Positions 50,972 through 61,450 of a DNA stretch of 64,000 nucleotides are shown here, piece by piece (position 1 is the stretch's first letter; every line of letters starts with the position of its first letter). The stretch lies in the NCBI RefSeq assembly GCF_024223415.1, contig NZ_CP100500.1, one strand, 5' to 3'. Under the pieces are notes generated by a model, which was not told the origin of the DNA, ran no database searches, and saw only the letters and a list, made by a program, of their open reading frames with translations. The stretch is from Escherichia coli (GTDB taxonomy: Bacteria > Pseudomonadota > Gammaproteobacteria > Enterobacterales > Enterobacteriaceae). The position numbers were made by a program, and so were the translations under genes.

Positions 50972-52398
50972 CAGTTGCCCCCTTTCAGGGTTAACAGGTA
51001 TTCCGAGGTGATCTCAGTCTCATACGTCAGTCGCTCCAGCGGTGGCGGCGGCGTGTATTTGTAGCTCAGCAACAGGTGACCGGCTGCCAGTTCCGTCTCC
51101 GGATTACGGGCCGGATCAAACCAGCAGTTGAAACCCAGCAGCGCACCATCACTAATCATCTTTCGACCGTAGGCGTTGACCGACTCCGTCAGTGCATCAA
51201 TCAGCGCCTGAGTAATCGGCATGTCGATGTACTGCTGACTGAAGTAACGAATGGACTCGTTGATCACATCACCGGTGCGGCGAACGTTCTCAAAGTTACG
51301 CATATGGGTGACCGTTGGCCATGCTGCCGTCCGGTTACCCCACAGACGAAGGCCGCTGCCATAACTGCTGAATACCGTGGTGATCCCCTGTTCGTTAAGC
51401 AGGTTCACCTCACTCTGCGGGTCATCAATCATCGCGGACAGCTGGCGCTCCACACCGGTGATCCCCAGAATCTCCTGATTGGAGGACGACCACCAGTAGC
51501 CCTTGTCCAGATCGACTCTGGCACGCAGACCTGCTGCACGCTGGCTGAGCGGCTCCAGACGCTCCGTGTTTGTCACCGGGTCATATACCTTCACATGCGG
51601 ATAGCACAGACGGACGCGGTCGGAGCTGGTATTGAAGTTAATGGTGCCTTCCGGGCCACGACCTGCCAGAGCCTGTGCAAAGGTGGTACCGACAGGCGCA
51701 TCAATGTAGGTTACCGCGCCCAGCTTCTCTGTCATGGCGATAAGCTCAACTGCGACACTCTTCTGGGTGCAGAACACCGGCGCAATCAGAATTTTGGCAA
51801 AATAGCCGTACAGGTTGAAGCTGTCGTTAAGCAGCTTCATGCCGGTTCGGTTTCCGGCGCTGTTCACCCCGCCGATGATGTCCGCCGCAGTCACCTTCGA
51901 CGGGTCCGCGTACTCATAGCTCACCTTCACGCTGCCACTGGCCTCAATAGCCTTGCCCAGGTTCGTGAGCACACCCGTCTGCGCATCAACACGGTAGTCC
52001 GTGTTCGCCGTGTGGGTGGTGCTGCCTTCACTGTTTTTCACCACCACATTAGCGACAACCGGATGCGCCAGTCTGGCCTGCCCTGTCGATTTGTCAAAGG
52101 TAACCACTTCACCCTGGATCGCCGTTTTATGTTTCGCCGGGTCGAGGACGTTAATGACCAGAACGGTGCCTGCACCATGGTCATAAATCGCATCCAGCGC
52201 CTGCGGAATGGTAAAGCCGGTGAACTGGCTGCCAAATGCCGCTGCGTCTTTCTCAGACAGGCACTGTACCAGCGTATTGACGTCCCCCATCGGGGCGGTA
52301 CCAATCAGGCCAATAACGGCAGATTTCACCGTTTTAACCGGGCGGGCTCCGTTTTCCACCTCAATGGTTTCGACGCCATGCAGATAGTTAGCTGCCAT
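50971..52398 (-). CDS. tail sheath protein
   Basis: 475 aa, synteny and size. Confidence 0.85.
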   Translation of the reverse strand: MAANYLHGVETIEVENGARPVKTVKSAVIGLIGTAPMGDVNTLVQCLSEKDAAAFGSQFTGFTIPQALDAIYDHGAGTVLVINVLDPAKHKTAIQGEVVTFDKSTGQARLAHPVVANVVVKNSEGSTTHTANTDYRVDAQTGVLTNLGKAIEASGSVKVSYEYADPSKVTAADIIGGVNSAGNRTGMKLLNDSFNLYGYFAKILIAPVFCTQKSVAVELIAMTEKLGAVTYIDAPVGTTFAQALAGRGPEGTINFNTSSDRVRLCYPHVKVYDPVTNTERLEPLSQRAAGLRARVDLDKGYWWSSSNQEILGITGVERQLSAMIDDPQSEVNLLNEQGITTVFSSYGSGLRLWGNRTAAWPTVTHMRNFENVRRTGDVINESIRYFSQQYIDMPITQALIDALTESVNAYGRKMISDGALLGFNCWFDPARNPETELAAGHLLLSYKYTPPPPLERLTYETEITSEYLLTLKGGN

Positions 52399-52642
52399 GG
52401 GAGTCCTCCGTTTTCACTTCGCTGTCACTGCTGCTTCTGCGCTTTGGTGACTGCACAGCCGGTGCGCCGGCGGGTTTAGTCTCTTCTGGTACCGGCGTCA
52501 GGTGCTTCAGTGCCACCAGTACCTTCACATAGTCATGCTCCTCCGGCAGGGAAACAGTCTTCCCCGGCCAGAGCAGGATTTCGGTTCCGTCCGACAGCGT
52601 GACGCCGCTGGCCGGGCCGGAATAGCGGTATGCTTTCATCAC
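52388..52642 (-). CDS. small Mu-like protein (DUF2635-like)
   Basis: 84 aa upstream of sheath, overlapping starts/stops with neighbours. Confidence 0.5.
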   Translation of the reverse strand: MMKAYRYSGPASGVTLSDGTEILLWPGKTVSLPEEHDYVKVLVALKHLTPVPEETKPAGAPAVQSPKRRSSSDSEVKTEDSHGS

Positions 52643-53103
52643 TCGCTTTCCTCATAGTTCACTTCGGTTAACAGCGGGCCGGACGGTAAATCGCTGTCTT
52701 CGATAAAGACGCTTTCAGTCGCGAAGTCGAGGGCGTATTGCCACAGCCCCCTGACTTCACCGATAAACACCTCGCGGGTCAGCCAGATACGACGGCGGCA
52801 GCCGGGCGGGGTGTAGCCACCGAGAATGCGGCGGACAGCATCCAGGACATTAATCGCCCCTTTTTTACCGTTGAGCTGGCGGAAGACCACCGTGACGCAG
52901 AGCTGGATAGTCTGAGGCTGGATCACCGCACCGGTATCATCCGGCCTGTCAAAGCGCGAACCGGCATAGCTCAGCAGCAACGCGCCAACCGGATGGTTCA
53001 GGCGATATTCAGCCGGTTTCTCCGGGAAGTACTCCACCTGCAGTTGCGGCAGCTTCTCGCGTAACCGGGCCAGTACCGCATCAAGGACGGGCAGAACGTT
53101 CAT
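52639..53103 (-). CDS. Mu gp37-like head-tail joining protein
   Basis: 154 aa, synteny. Confidence 0.55.
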   Translation of the reverse strand: MNVLPVLDAVLARLREKLPQLQVEYFPEKPAEYRLNHPVGALLLSYAGSRFDRPDDTGAVIQPQTIQLCVTVVFRQLNGKKGAINVLDAVRRILGGYTPPGCRRRIWLTREVFIGEVRGLWQYALDFATESVFIEDSDLPSGPLLTEVNYEESE

Positions 53104-53549
53104 CAGTATTTCTCCAGTAAACCGTCACGACCGCCGAAAGTGGCCGGGCGACTGCGTACACGAAACTCTCCTGGCTCAGGCACATCTTTCTGAGTGGACG
53201 GCAGCCCCAGCGTGAGCCTGTTATCACGTAACTCCCTGAGTTGCCGCAGCGCTTCTTTGTGGTCATCCTTCACCGTATCCGGGAGGTCACCTTCCGGGCG
53301 GCGGGCGTAGAGCCGGTAACGGACCAGCGTGATGGCAATGTCCCGCAGAACGGTCGGTATCTCCGCCAGCGGCAGGATATAGCGTCCGCGCAGATGGGCA
53401 TCAATCAGCTCGTCGGCATAGCGGATACAGCTGTCCACCACACGGGTATTCACTGTTGCAGGCGAGTCGAAGTCCATATCTTCACTGGTGAGCTCGATCA
53501 GCGTTCGTTCCGGCACCTGCGCAAGCAAATCCTCCAGGGTGCAGTACAT
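53103..53549 (-). CDS. Mu gp36-like protein (DUF1320-like)
   Basis: Start placed at MYCTLEDLL to avoid 160-nt overlap with upstream gene. Confidence 0.55.
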   Translation of the reverse strand: MYCTLEDLLAQVPERTLIELTSEDMDFDSPATVNTRVVDSCIRYADELIDAHLRGRYILPLAEIPTVLRDIAITLVRYRLYARRPEGDLPDTVKDDHKEALRQLRELRDNRLTLGLPSTQKDVPEPGEFRVRSRPATFGGRDGLLEKY

Positions 53550-53550
53550 C

Positions 53551-53886
53551 TCACACCCCGCGCAGGATACGGATGATGTCGCCTTCGGCCTTTGCCTCAT
53601 CCAGTGCAATGCCACAGGATTTACCACTGTCAGCCTGAGGAACAGCCCTTGATTTGGCATCAGACTGTACCAGTGCCCCTCTGGAAACTGCCGCTCCCGT
53701 TTCAACTGCAAGGATCCCAGTCACACTCACCGGGGTCAGATCACCTGCACGGGCATCCACCTGGGCGACACCGACGGCAACGGCACCCTGCTTACATGCG
53801 CCGTTATCTGCTCCCACAAACCTCTGCTGAGTAAGTGCAGTACTGGCTGTGACTGTCATGGTCAGAGTGACCTGCTGTGTAGTCAT
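53551..53886 (-). CDS. small head-associated protein (DUF2190-like)
   Basis: 111 aa, Ala/Gly/Thr-rich, between major head and gp36-like genes. Confidence 0.5.
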   Translation of the reverse strand: MTTQQVTLTMTVTASTALTQQRFVGADNGACKQGAVAVGVAQVDARAGDLTPVSVTGILAVETGAAVSRGALVQSDAKSRAVPQADSGKSCGIALDEAKAEGDIIRILRGV

Positions 53887-53896
53887 AGACTTCTCC

Positions 53897-54850
53897 TTAC
53901 TTCACTATATTTGTAACGAGATAACCGGCATCCCCGCCCACGACCGCCACCTTATAGATGTCGGTATAACGGCAGTACTTCACCTTTCCGCCCACTCCAT
54001 CGTATTTATCTGCCACCGGCATCCCCTTACGTCGCAGGGTATACCCGAACGATGGTTCATTTTCGTCGGCACTTTCGGCACCTTCTCGCGGTGGAGTGAC
54101 ATAGAAGAGCATGAGATTATCTCCCCAGATGTCCACCGGATATTTGTTCCGGTTGCCTGCATCAGTCATGGATGCCATGGAAACAGGCTCACCCACAATG
54201 ACCTTGTCCAGACCAAAAAGCTCCCTGAGGATTTGCGGGGTGATCCGTTTTCTCTCATTAAGTCCCAGAGCAGTGGTGATGGCTGGATGATATCTCAGCA
54301 GGGGCATCACACTGGCTCCCATGACCATCAGATTGGGTCTGACCCCGATCTTACTTCGCACAGCTTCAATGCCTCCCTCAATGACCTCAACAGGATCACC
54401 ATGGCCTCCTTCCCAGCGTTCAACAGACGTCATCGTCTTTACCGAAGATGCCGGGTACACTTTTTTGTCCTGCGCAAGACGGGCAGCAATAAGCTCACGG
54501 CGAAGATGAATGCCATTTGTCACCCGCCGGATTGCCTTGGCCTCTTCGTTGAACATTGACTCCGTCTGTTCACGGTAGTCCACAGGTGCAGCAAGATCGT
54601 GCTCATGCAACACCAGATCCAGCGTACTGCTCTTTTCCCTGATCAGAACATTACTGTCTGCCCCCACAGCACGGACGGTATCAACTTCCACAAACGCTGA
54701 TCTCCCGAAAACGGGGACCGTTACCGCTTCTTTGTCCGTATACACAACCGGAAATATATGTTCTCCGATGAAGGCTGCATTCCTGTAGCCACGCGCGATG
54801 CTGGTCATAACAGGATCAACAACGCGTTTACTTTTTAAGTAATCAGACAT
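53897..54850 (-). CDS. major head subunit (Mu T-like)
   Basis: 317 aa, downstream of protease/scaffold gene. Confidence 0.8.
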   Translation of the reverse strand: MSDYLKSKRVVDPVMTSIARGYRNAAFIGEHIFPVVYTDKEAVTVPVFGRSAFVEVDTVRAVGADSNVLIREKSSTLDLVLHEHDLAAPVDYREQTESMFNEEAKAIRRVTNGIHLRRELIAARLAQDKKVYPASSVKTMTSVERWEGGHGDPVEVIEGGIEAVRSKIGVRPNLMVMGASVMPLLRYHPAITTALGLNERKRITPQILRELFGLDKVIVGEPVSMASMTDAGNRNKYPVDIWGDNLMLFYVTPPREGAESADENEPSFGYTLRRKGMPVADKYDGVGGKVKYCRYTDIYKVAVVGGDAGYLVTNIVK

Positions 54851-54859
54851 GCTTTCTCC

Positions 54860-55975
54860 TTACAGGCAGCGTGTGACAGCAGCCTCATAGCTGATGCCTT
54901 CTTTTTTCGACAGTTCCACAGCCTTCTGGTGCAGTGCCAGACGGTCAGGGTCGGCTTCTGCAAACTCCGTCACATCCACTTTCACCGTGTCGCCGACACG
55001 CTCCTTCGTGGCCTGTTCGGCGAAGTTCATCACCGGCTCCCCGTCGGAGAGCAGCGAACGGAAGGCGGTGGCCAGCGGTGTGCGGCTTTCCCCCTCAGCA
55101 AACTCCACCGGCTTGTCGCCACCGGCGACGGCATCCAGCAGGGCAACCACCACGGAGGAGGCGCGGGGAGCCAGACGGCCCTCTGCGACCAGTTTTTCTG
55201 CAAAGGCCACATTGTCCTTATGCAGTTGCTCCTGTCTGACCTGTGCATCACGCGCATCGCGATCAGCAGCCTGCTGCTTCAGGCGGCGGTTCTCCGCCTG
55301 AAGGGCTTCAATCTCTTCTTTTGTCATCGATGATTCCTCGTTACTTGCGGAAGACGGCACCTGGCCTGTCTCACTGAATTGCGCACCTGCTGCATCCTGC
55401 GACGGTGTGTCGCGGTACGCCTCTTCGCGCAGACTGTTGAGCTGCCATTCCGGCAGAACTTTTTCTGCTTCGTCCAGACTGAAGCGGGCGATCAGAAAAT
55501 CGCGCAGCTTTCCCCACAGTGAGGCATTCGTGATGGCCTGCCAGTCGGCGAACTCCACCACACCTTCTTCCTGCTCACTGAAGGAGACCTGTTTCAGCCC
55601 CTTGACGGAAGGTGGCTGTGCCCCGAGAAAGCCCACATGGCGCAGGTAGAGCACGCCGGGCTTCGGATTGGACGGTGAATCCGGGAGGTAGAAAGAGGCA
55701 GACACTTTTTTGAATCGTCCGTCGGTGACCATCTCAGCAAACTGCGGGTCCAGCTGGGCAGGCTCTGCCATCAGATCGACGCCGCTGAGCGACAGGGCTT
55801 TCACCCAGCCCCACGCCGGGTCTTCCGTTCTGGGATGACCAATCACGAGTGGTGCTTCATGGACGGACGGGTCATAGGCTTTCACGCAGGCGGCAAGATC
55901 GTCTGGCGTGAACGGCAGTTTTTTGCCGTGCATATCGGTATGAGTACCGGCTTTAAAAATGTGAATGGCTGACAT
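54860..55975 (-). CDS. head maturation protease/scaffold (Mu I-like)
   Basis: 371 aa; N-terminal protease-like domain, C-terminal coiled-coil (…EEIEALQAENRRLKQQAADRDARDAQVRQEQ…). Confidence 0.75.
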   Translation of the reverse strand: MSAIHIFKAGTHTDMHGKKLPFTPDDLAACVKAYDPSVHEAPLVIGHPRTEDPAWGWVKALSLSGVDLMAEPAQLDPQFAEMVTDGRFKKVSASFYLPDSPSNPKPGVLYLRHVGFLGAQPPSVKGLKQVSFSEQEEGVVEFADWQAITNASLWGKLRDFLIARFSLDEAEKVLPEWQLNSLREEAYRDTPSQDAAGAQFSETGQVPSSASNEESSMTKEEIEALQAENRRLKQQAADRDARDAQVRQEQLHKDNVAFAEKLVAEGRLAPRASSVVVALLDAVAGGDKPVEFAEGESRTPLATAFRSLLSDGEPVMNFAEQATKERVGDTVKVDVTEFAEADPDRLALHQKAVELSKKEGISYEAAVTRCL

Positions 55976-56189
55976 TTTGCTGTCCCGCGTTATGTTGTCG
56001 GAGACAGTTTGTGAGAAATGCGGGCCCGGCGATTTTAATCTGCTTTAGAAAACATCAGGGGAGAAGGACAGGGAAAGCAATGTGGTGAACCGGAGGCAGT
56101 TATAAAACAGAGGCTGTAAAGCCTTTATAAAGGTAATACAGCCCCTCATTCGCTGGCAATGATAAATCACCCGCCTGAAGAGAGAAAAC

Positions 56190-56648
56190 TCAGCGACGGG
56201 CCGCTGATTCAAGATGGCGGACAATGGTATCGAGGATGGGGATTACCACTTCAGGCTGTAGTTCTCCATCCCCCGTCACCGGCAGGAACGGGCGGGCCGG
56301 AAGTTCAACAGACTCATTACGCCCCGTTTTACCCCCGAACTGGTGAATGGCACCGTAAACAACGTTGGTCCCCACAACCGCCTGCCGGTCGTCATGGTCG
56401 GTTGATACTGACCCCATCAGACGCCCGGTATCCTGCAGTGTCTGTCCGTCACGTTCTTCCGCTGCCAGCGAGGGCATCCACCCCGGACGCCCCTCATCAA
56501 GAAAGTTAAACTGTGTTTCCGCCAGCAGGGTTCCGGCGATTTTGCGCATCGCGGGCTCCATGTCTGTGGCAGCCAGATCCAGCGCACGGAGGCTCCGGCG
56601 CAGGGATTTATCATTAATGGTGATACTGACCAGGTTATCGGAAGCCAT
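56190..56648 (-). CDS. virion morphogenesis protein (Mu G-like)
   Basis: 152 aa, synteny. Confidence 0.65.
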   Translation of the reverse strand: MASDNLVSITINDKSLRRSLRALDLAATDMEPAMRKIAGTLLAETQFNFLDEGRPGWMPSLAAEERDGQTLQDTGRLMGSVSTDHDDRQAVVGTNVVYGAIHQFGGKTGRNESVELPARPFLPVTGDGELQPEVVIPILDTIVRHLESAARR

Positions 56649-56650
56649 TG

Positions 56651-57472
56651 TTATCCTCTCAGTTCCTGTTGTGCCAGTGTCTGAAGCGTACCCTGATAGC
56701 GGGCCAGGTCGGGACGGTATGCTGCCCCCGGTGCATAAGACCAGCCGACGTCGGTGGTCACCTTCGTGGTGCCGGTATTAAAGGTGGCCACGTTCCGCAT
56801 TTCGCCGGTTTTCTCTGAGACCAGTTTCAGTTCCTGGCCCATGGCAGAGCCGGAGCTGATAACCTTCAGGCCACGGGCACGTACATCCGCCGCACTCAGG
56901 GCAATTACACTACAGCGGCAGCGCCAGCCGTTCGGCGGGTAAAATGCCTGCCAGAACGGGTCATCCCAGCGCAGCACCAGACCATGCAGCGCCAGATGGC
57001 TCCTGCGGGTATGGCTGTCGTTGATGCCGGTATACATCCAGTACGGCCTGTCGTCGACGTTTTCCATCTGCTCCGCCCAACGACCGGCGCTGTAGAGTAC
57101 GGACATATTGGTGCGAAAGATGGTATCGAGCCGCCACGGACTGCCCTGCTGAATGGTGACCGGCTCACCCGTTACCGGGTCAGTCGTGTCACGCGGTCCC
57201 CACCATCCCCTGCGCTTCAGCGCCGGCTCCAGCTCCTGCCGGAACCAGCGATCGGTTTTTCCTTCATCAACAGCCTGCTGCAGTGTCCCGCGAATATCTT
57301 CCAGAATATCCAGGCGGGTCACTTTAGCGACGGTAAAGGCGCGGGCATGGGCTTCCTGCCACATTTCTTCCTGGTCCCAGGTAATCTGATACCCTTTGGA
57401 CTTCAGGTAGCTGACTGCCCGCTTCGGGGGAAGCGTCATGCAGTACGCCAGTTCAGCCGTTGTCACGCTCAT
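56651..57472 (-). CDS. head morphogenesis protein (Mu F-like, SPP1 gp7 family)
   Basis: Start at MSVTTAEL; downstream of portal with short overlap. Confidence 0.7.
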   Translation of the reverse strand: MSVTTAELAYCMTLPPKRAVSYLKSKGYQITWDQEEMWQEAHARAFTVAKVTRLDILEDIRGTLQQAVDEGKTDRWFRQELEPALKRRGWWGPRDTTDPVTGEPVTIQQGSPWRLDTIFRTNMSVLYSAGRWAEQMENVDDRPYWMYTGINDSHTRRSHLALHGLVLRWDDPFWQAFYPPNGWRCRCSVIALSAADVRARGLKVISSGSAMGQELKLVSEKTGEMRNVATFNTGTTKVTTDVGWSYAPGAAYRPDLARYQGTLQTLAQQELRG

Positions 57473-58949
57473 GCAGATGCCCCCAGATATTTGCCACAAA
57501 GAGAATGCGGGCCAGCCGCTCCTGCAGATCGTCCGTGTTCATCTGAGGGTAGAGCTCCGCCAGTTCGCCCAGCAGCTCAGACGGGTTAACCCCGTTTTCG
57601 ACCCGTCTGAACAGAGGTGCCAGGACGGGTTCCAGCGTGCCATTTAACACACCTCCGTTCATCAGAATGTCCAGCGCGTCGTCAAGCTGCTGCTGAGCCT
57701 GAATATCGGCATCAATCGCCTCGGCAAATGACAGCGGCAGCATGTTCTTCTCGCATTCTGACGGTGGTGTCTCGTCAATATCGCCGTCCTGCAGCTGGTA
57801 CTCACGCTTGAAGTATTGCGGGGTCAGACGCAGACCCGCCCGGGTGAGTTTTTCATCGCGGGTGGCACGGGTGTCATCAATGGCCTCCTGTTCCCACATG
57901 GCCCAGACCGGACACGGCACATCGCCGAAGTTCAGGGTGACCACCGTTCTTATGACCTGATTCACTGCCGCCTGAATGATGTCCGCATCCGCATCGCGGA
58001 TATCAGCCGTCACCTCCAGCCCGGCCTGTGCAGAGGCCTTGTTACTGTTCGCTTCCGTGGTCTGATTCTGACCGAGTAATGCAATGGAGATCTCACTGCG
58101 TGACAGTGTGATCAGCTCGCGGAATACCTCGCTGCTGTCCGCCTTGCCATCCGCTGCTTTGAGTTCGATGCTGCTGTCATCAGGGATGGCGGCCACCGCG
58201 TCCTCCACCATCTGCTCCATGGAGTCCAGCAGTTTTTCAATCTCTGCATCATTTGCACCCCTCGGGTGCTTACCGATGACCCAGGGGGAGCCAAACTTTT
58301 CGGCAAAGCGGAGCCAGAATTTCATCCCGCCTTTCTTGAAGGCGACCGGCCAGAAGCACATGGACAGGTCCGGGAAACCGTAAGGATTGTCATACGAGGC
58401 ATCCTGTGCCGGCACCACGAATTTTGACGGTGACAGCAGCTCACCCTCCACACCCGCATCACGAGCCCGGAAGCGCAGGCAGTTGTCCGTATCAAACTGA
58501 AACCACTCAGGCGGTTTGCCGACAATATCCGTCACCGTCCACGCCCTGACCGAACGGCCCCACATGATTTCACAGGGCTGATACCCGTAGAGCACGGCAT
58601 CGCTCATCTCACCGATGATGCGGGACAGATCCAGATCGTCGAGCATGTCGCGGATGAAACGGAAGACCCGGGCAGAAGCGTGACCGCGCTCCAGTCCACG
58701 CTCCAGTGATTTGAGCGCTGCTTTACGTCTGCGGATACAGCCCCCGACCAGCGGGTCGGTGCGCAGTTCGCGGTAGATACGGATATCCCGTCCCTGAGCC
58801 TTGAGAATGGGATCAGGATTGGGCAGATACATGCCCAGAGCGTAAAAATCAATGGCTCGACTGCGGGAGGCAATCTGCGCGGTCAGTGATTTTTTGGGTT
58901 CGGCGAACGCCACGAACTCATCGGGTGAAACCCAGATGCCTTTTGCCAT
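57453..58949 (-). CDS. portal protein (Mu H-like, DUF935)
   Basis: 498 aa directly downstream of large terminase. Confidence 0.8.
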   Translation of the reverse strand: MAKGIWVSPDEFVAFAEPKKSLTAQIASRSRAIDFYALGMYLPNPDPILKAQGRDIRIYRELRTDPLVGGCIRRRKAALKSLERGLERGHASARVFRFIRDMLDDLDLSRIIGEMSDAVLYGYQPCEIMWGRSVRAWTVTDIVGKPPEWFQFDTDNCLRFRARDAGVEGELLSPSKFVVPAQDASYDNPYGFPDLSMCFWPVAFKKGGMKFWLRFAEKFGSPWVIGKHPRGANDAEIEKLLDSMEQMVEDAVAAIPDDSSIELKAADGKADSSEVFRELITLSRSEISIALLGQNQTTEANSNKASAQAGLEVTADIRDADADIIQAAVNQVIRTVVTLNFGDVPCPVWAMWEQEAIDDTRATRDEKLTRAGLRLTPQYFKREYQLQDGDIDETPPSECEKNMLPLSFAEAIDADIQAQQQLDDALDILMNGGVLNGTLEPVLAPLFRRVENGVNPSELLGELAELYPQMNTDDLQERLARILFVANIWGHLHERDNG

Positions 58950-60265
58950 CAGAATCCCTCCAGCATGCGGGCGGCTTCACGGCGGCGGCGCGAACGCGCC
59001 ACTACCGGCCCTGACGGTCCGTCAGTGGCGTTAATAGCCAGAAAACAGGCCCATGTACGGTCGGCGTGACCTGCTGCATCACTTTCCGCCACAAAGCGAG
59101 GCGCTCCGGTAGGTCCGGTGATCTTACGGAGCTTATGCAGATCACTGCGCAGTACCACATCTCCCGCGGGAATACGCAGGCGGCGGTCCTCAAACATCTC
59201 CCTGCCACGGGTCGCGAGGGTGAGCTTGTTCGGGCTGTTAAATATCACCCCCTCCACACGACTCCTGCCGTGGCGCTCCTGAGCATCTTCCACAGGCTTT
59301 TCCCCCATTCCTGTCTGATCCATACAGCAGCGCAGCACGCGATAACGGAAAAATACGTCATCCAGCAAAGCATCCTGCTCAGCAAAGGTGGCCCGTTTAC
59401 GGGTGATGATTTCCCGGGTCCAGTAGACATCCCCCACCTGTTCAAGCACCCAGATGACAAACAGGTCATTACGAACAGCAATATCCACCCCCACAAAGCA
59501 GGGGCCACCCGTATAGTGCACCGGCAGCCCGGCAGCATCGTGCTCCACGCCGTCAATCAGTTCAAACGTCAGCCAGGCCGATGCCTCATCCAGCCACTTC
59601 AGTTCAAACTCCTGTGCCCAGGCGTCATCATCGTTGAGCGCCTGTCGCATCTGTGCAATATCACGCGGAAGGCCGTCGCGCACGGCACGGTAAATATCCA
59701 CGATGTGACGTGACCAGACATTTTCAAGGGCGTTGCTGGTCATCAGTTCATAAAACTTGTTTCCCTTGCCGTTCGGCGTCGATGTCACACGCAGTCTGTA
59801 GCCGTTGGAAATGACCGGAAACAGAGCGGTCCAGATTTTGCGACTGTCGGCATGGAAGGCGAACTCATCCAGAAAGACGTTAGCCGCAAACCCACGGGCC
59901 GTGTCGGCATTGGCCGGCAGGGCCGTGATACGGGAGCCACCGGGTAACTCCACCTCAAGCATGGTATAGCGTTCGCCACTTTCGGCCCTGTAATAACTCT
60001 CCATTTCACGGGCTGCCATCCGGTAGGCGCTGCAGTGTTTTTTCACCCCCTCCACCATGGCTTCTTTTGCCTGGCGCTCCCCGCGCGAGAGGATCACCCA
60101 GCGTGTACGTCCCCCTGAGGCCTCCGTTTCAAAACAGTCATCAACCAGCTCCAGCGTGGTGGTGAACGTCTTGCCCGTCTGACGGGCAAACATACCAATC
60201 TTGAAACGGGCACGATCCAGAAACCACGACTGCTGATAGGGATACAGCTGAATGGCCGCTGTCAT
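58949..60265 (-). CDS. terminase large subunit
   Basis: 438 aa; ATPase Walker A ARQTGKTF, nuclease C-terminus; synteny. Confidence 0.85.
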   Translation of the reverse strand: MTAAIQLYPYQQSWFLDRARFKIGMFARQTGKTFTTTLELVDDCFETEASGGRTRWVILSRGERQAKEAMVEGVKKHCSAYRMAAREMESYYRAESGERYTMLEVELPGGSRITALPANADTARGFAANVFLDEFAFHADSRKIWTALFPVISNGYRLRVTSTPNGKGNKFYELMTSNALENVWSRHIVDIYRAVRDGLPRDIAQMRQALNDDDAWAQEFELKWLDEASAWLTFELIDGVEHDAAGLPVHYTGGPCFVGVDIAVRNDLFVIWVLEQVGDVYWTREIITRKRATFAEQDALLDDVFFRYRVLRCCMDQTGMGEKPVEDAQERHGRSRVEGVIFNSPNKLTLATRGREMFEDRRLRIPAGDVVLRSDLHKLRKITGPTGAPRFVAESDAAGHADRTWACFLAINATDGPSGPVVARSRRRREAARMLEGF

Positions 60266-60816
60266 GAGATCACCCCGTAAATCTGTTCCCGCACCATCTT
60301 CAGGGTTTCCAGACTCAGGCGGGTGTCGCCGGACTTCGCCTGTTTTTCCAGAGCATTCATCCGTGCCTCAATTTTTGCCAGCACCTCGGCCCGGAATCGC
60401 TTGTGGGTCACCGAAGCACGGACAAGAGTGGCTATGCTTTCCGAAGCAGTGGCCAGCAGTTTTGCGCGTTTTGCAGGATCATCACTTTCTCCGATTTCCT
60501 GCAGACGCATCAGAACATCCAGCATCTCGGTCTGAATCAATGCCATCATCCCGGCAGAACGATCGTCCGCCTCGTCACCGGCTTCCTGCGCCATCAGACG
60601 CGCGGCCTCGGTGGCGGCGCGGATGCGGGCCAGTTGTCGCTCCATTTTGTACCCGAACCGCTGCAGGGAGGAACGGGTGATGACGTATCCCTTCTCCTTC
60701 AGCAGGGCTTCCAGCCGGGCGTAGCCGCTGAAGTTATTCTCCGTCAGGGCTCGCTCCAGCCAGCGGCTCACCTCTGTCGGGAGGGTATCAATGCTGCTGC
60801 GACGTCCCATAATCAC
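60262..60816 (-). CDS. terminase small subunit-like protein (Mu gp27-like, DUF3486)
   Basis: 184 aa immediately upstream of large terminase. Confidence 0.6.
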   Translation of the reverse strand: MIMGRRSSIDTLPTEVSRWLERALTENNFSGYARLEALLKEKGYVITRSSLQRFGYKMERQLARIRAATEAARLMAQEAGDEADDRSAGMMALIQTEMLDVLMRLQEIGESDDPAKRAKLLATASESIATLVRASVTHKRFRAEVLAKIEARMNALEKQAKSGDTRLSLETLKMVREQIYGVIS

Positions 60817-61124
60817 TCACTCCAGTACTTTTCCGGGCGGGCAATACCCGGGCCGCATTCCACGGTGTATTCCACAATATCCACACCAAGGCGACTCAGA
60901 TCGGCAAACCAGTCACCGGAAGGTCTCTTCTCCAGCTCCACCATTTTGCGATCTGCCAGATAATCAAGCTCCCGGCGCAGCTCCAGTTGCGTGGTGTCCG
61001 GGTAGATGGCGCGGGACACTTCCAGCAGCAACGTCTCGCTGGCGGTGTAAGGGCGGGTTTTGTTAAGGGCAACCAGCAGACTCCAGCGCAGGGATTCACG
61101 GCGTACCCGGGTAATATCGACCAT
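60813..61124 (-). CDS. hypothetical phage protein (Mu gp26 position)
   Basis: 103 aa, co-oriented, overlapping stops/starts. Confidence 0.45.
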   Translation of the reverse strand: MVDITRVRRESLRWSLLVALNKTRPYTASETLLLEVSRAIYPDTTQLELRRELDYLADRKMVELEKRPSGDWFADLSRLGVDIVEYTVECGPGIARPEKYWSE

Positions 61125-61450
61125 TATTGACCTCCGGTATTGCGGTACTGCTGTACCACTTCCAGTTTGTTGTAAAGCGCGTCCAGTTTGGCCTCGATGA
61201 CTGTCTGGCCACGGATATAATCCTCGCGACGGACATAATTCAGCGGTAAATCCGCTTTAAATCGCATCAATTCTTTTTCCAGCTCGCCCCAACTGGAGGC
61301 GGACTGCTGCAGTGACTGCTCAAGAGAGGCAAAACGTGCAGCCTGACGTTCCTCCGCTTTACTGAACAGCCATTTGGCCATACCGCCAACAAAGCTCATG
61401 AAGGTGATGAGAAAGCCCACCACCGTCCAGAATTCAACCTGCAGTGTCAT
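61124..61450 (-). CDS. membrane-anchored phage protein (DUF2730-like)
   Basis: N-terminal TM segment FWTVVGFLITFMSFVGG, coiled-coil C-terminus. Confidence 0.5.
   Translation of the reverse strand: MTLQVEFWTVVGFLITFMSFVGGMAKWLFSKAEERQAARFASLEQSLQQSASSWGELEKELMRFKADLPLNYVRREDYIRGQTVIEAKLDALYNKLEVVQQYRNTGGQ

Noticed and set aside
51076-52479. 467-aa plus-strand ORF
   Set aside because: Antisense to the tail sheath gene; Arg/His/Cys-rich composition typical of reverse-frame translation of a GC-rich gene.
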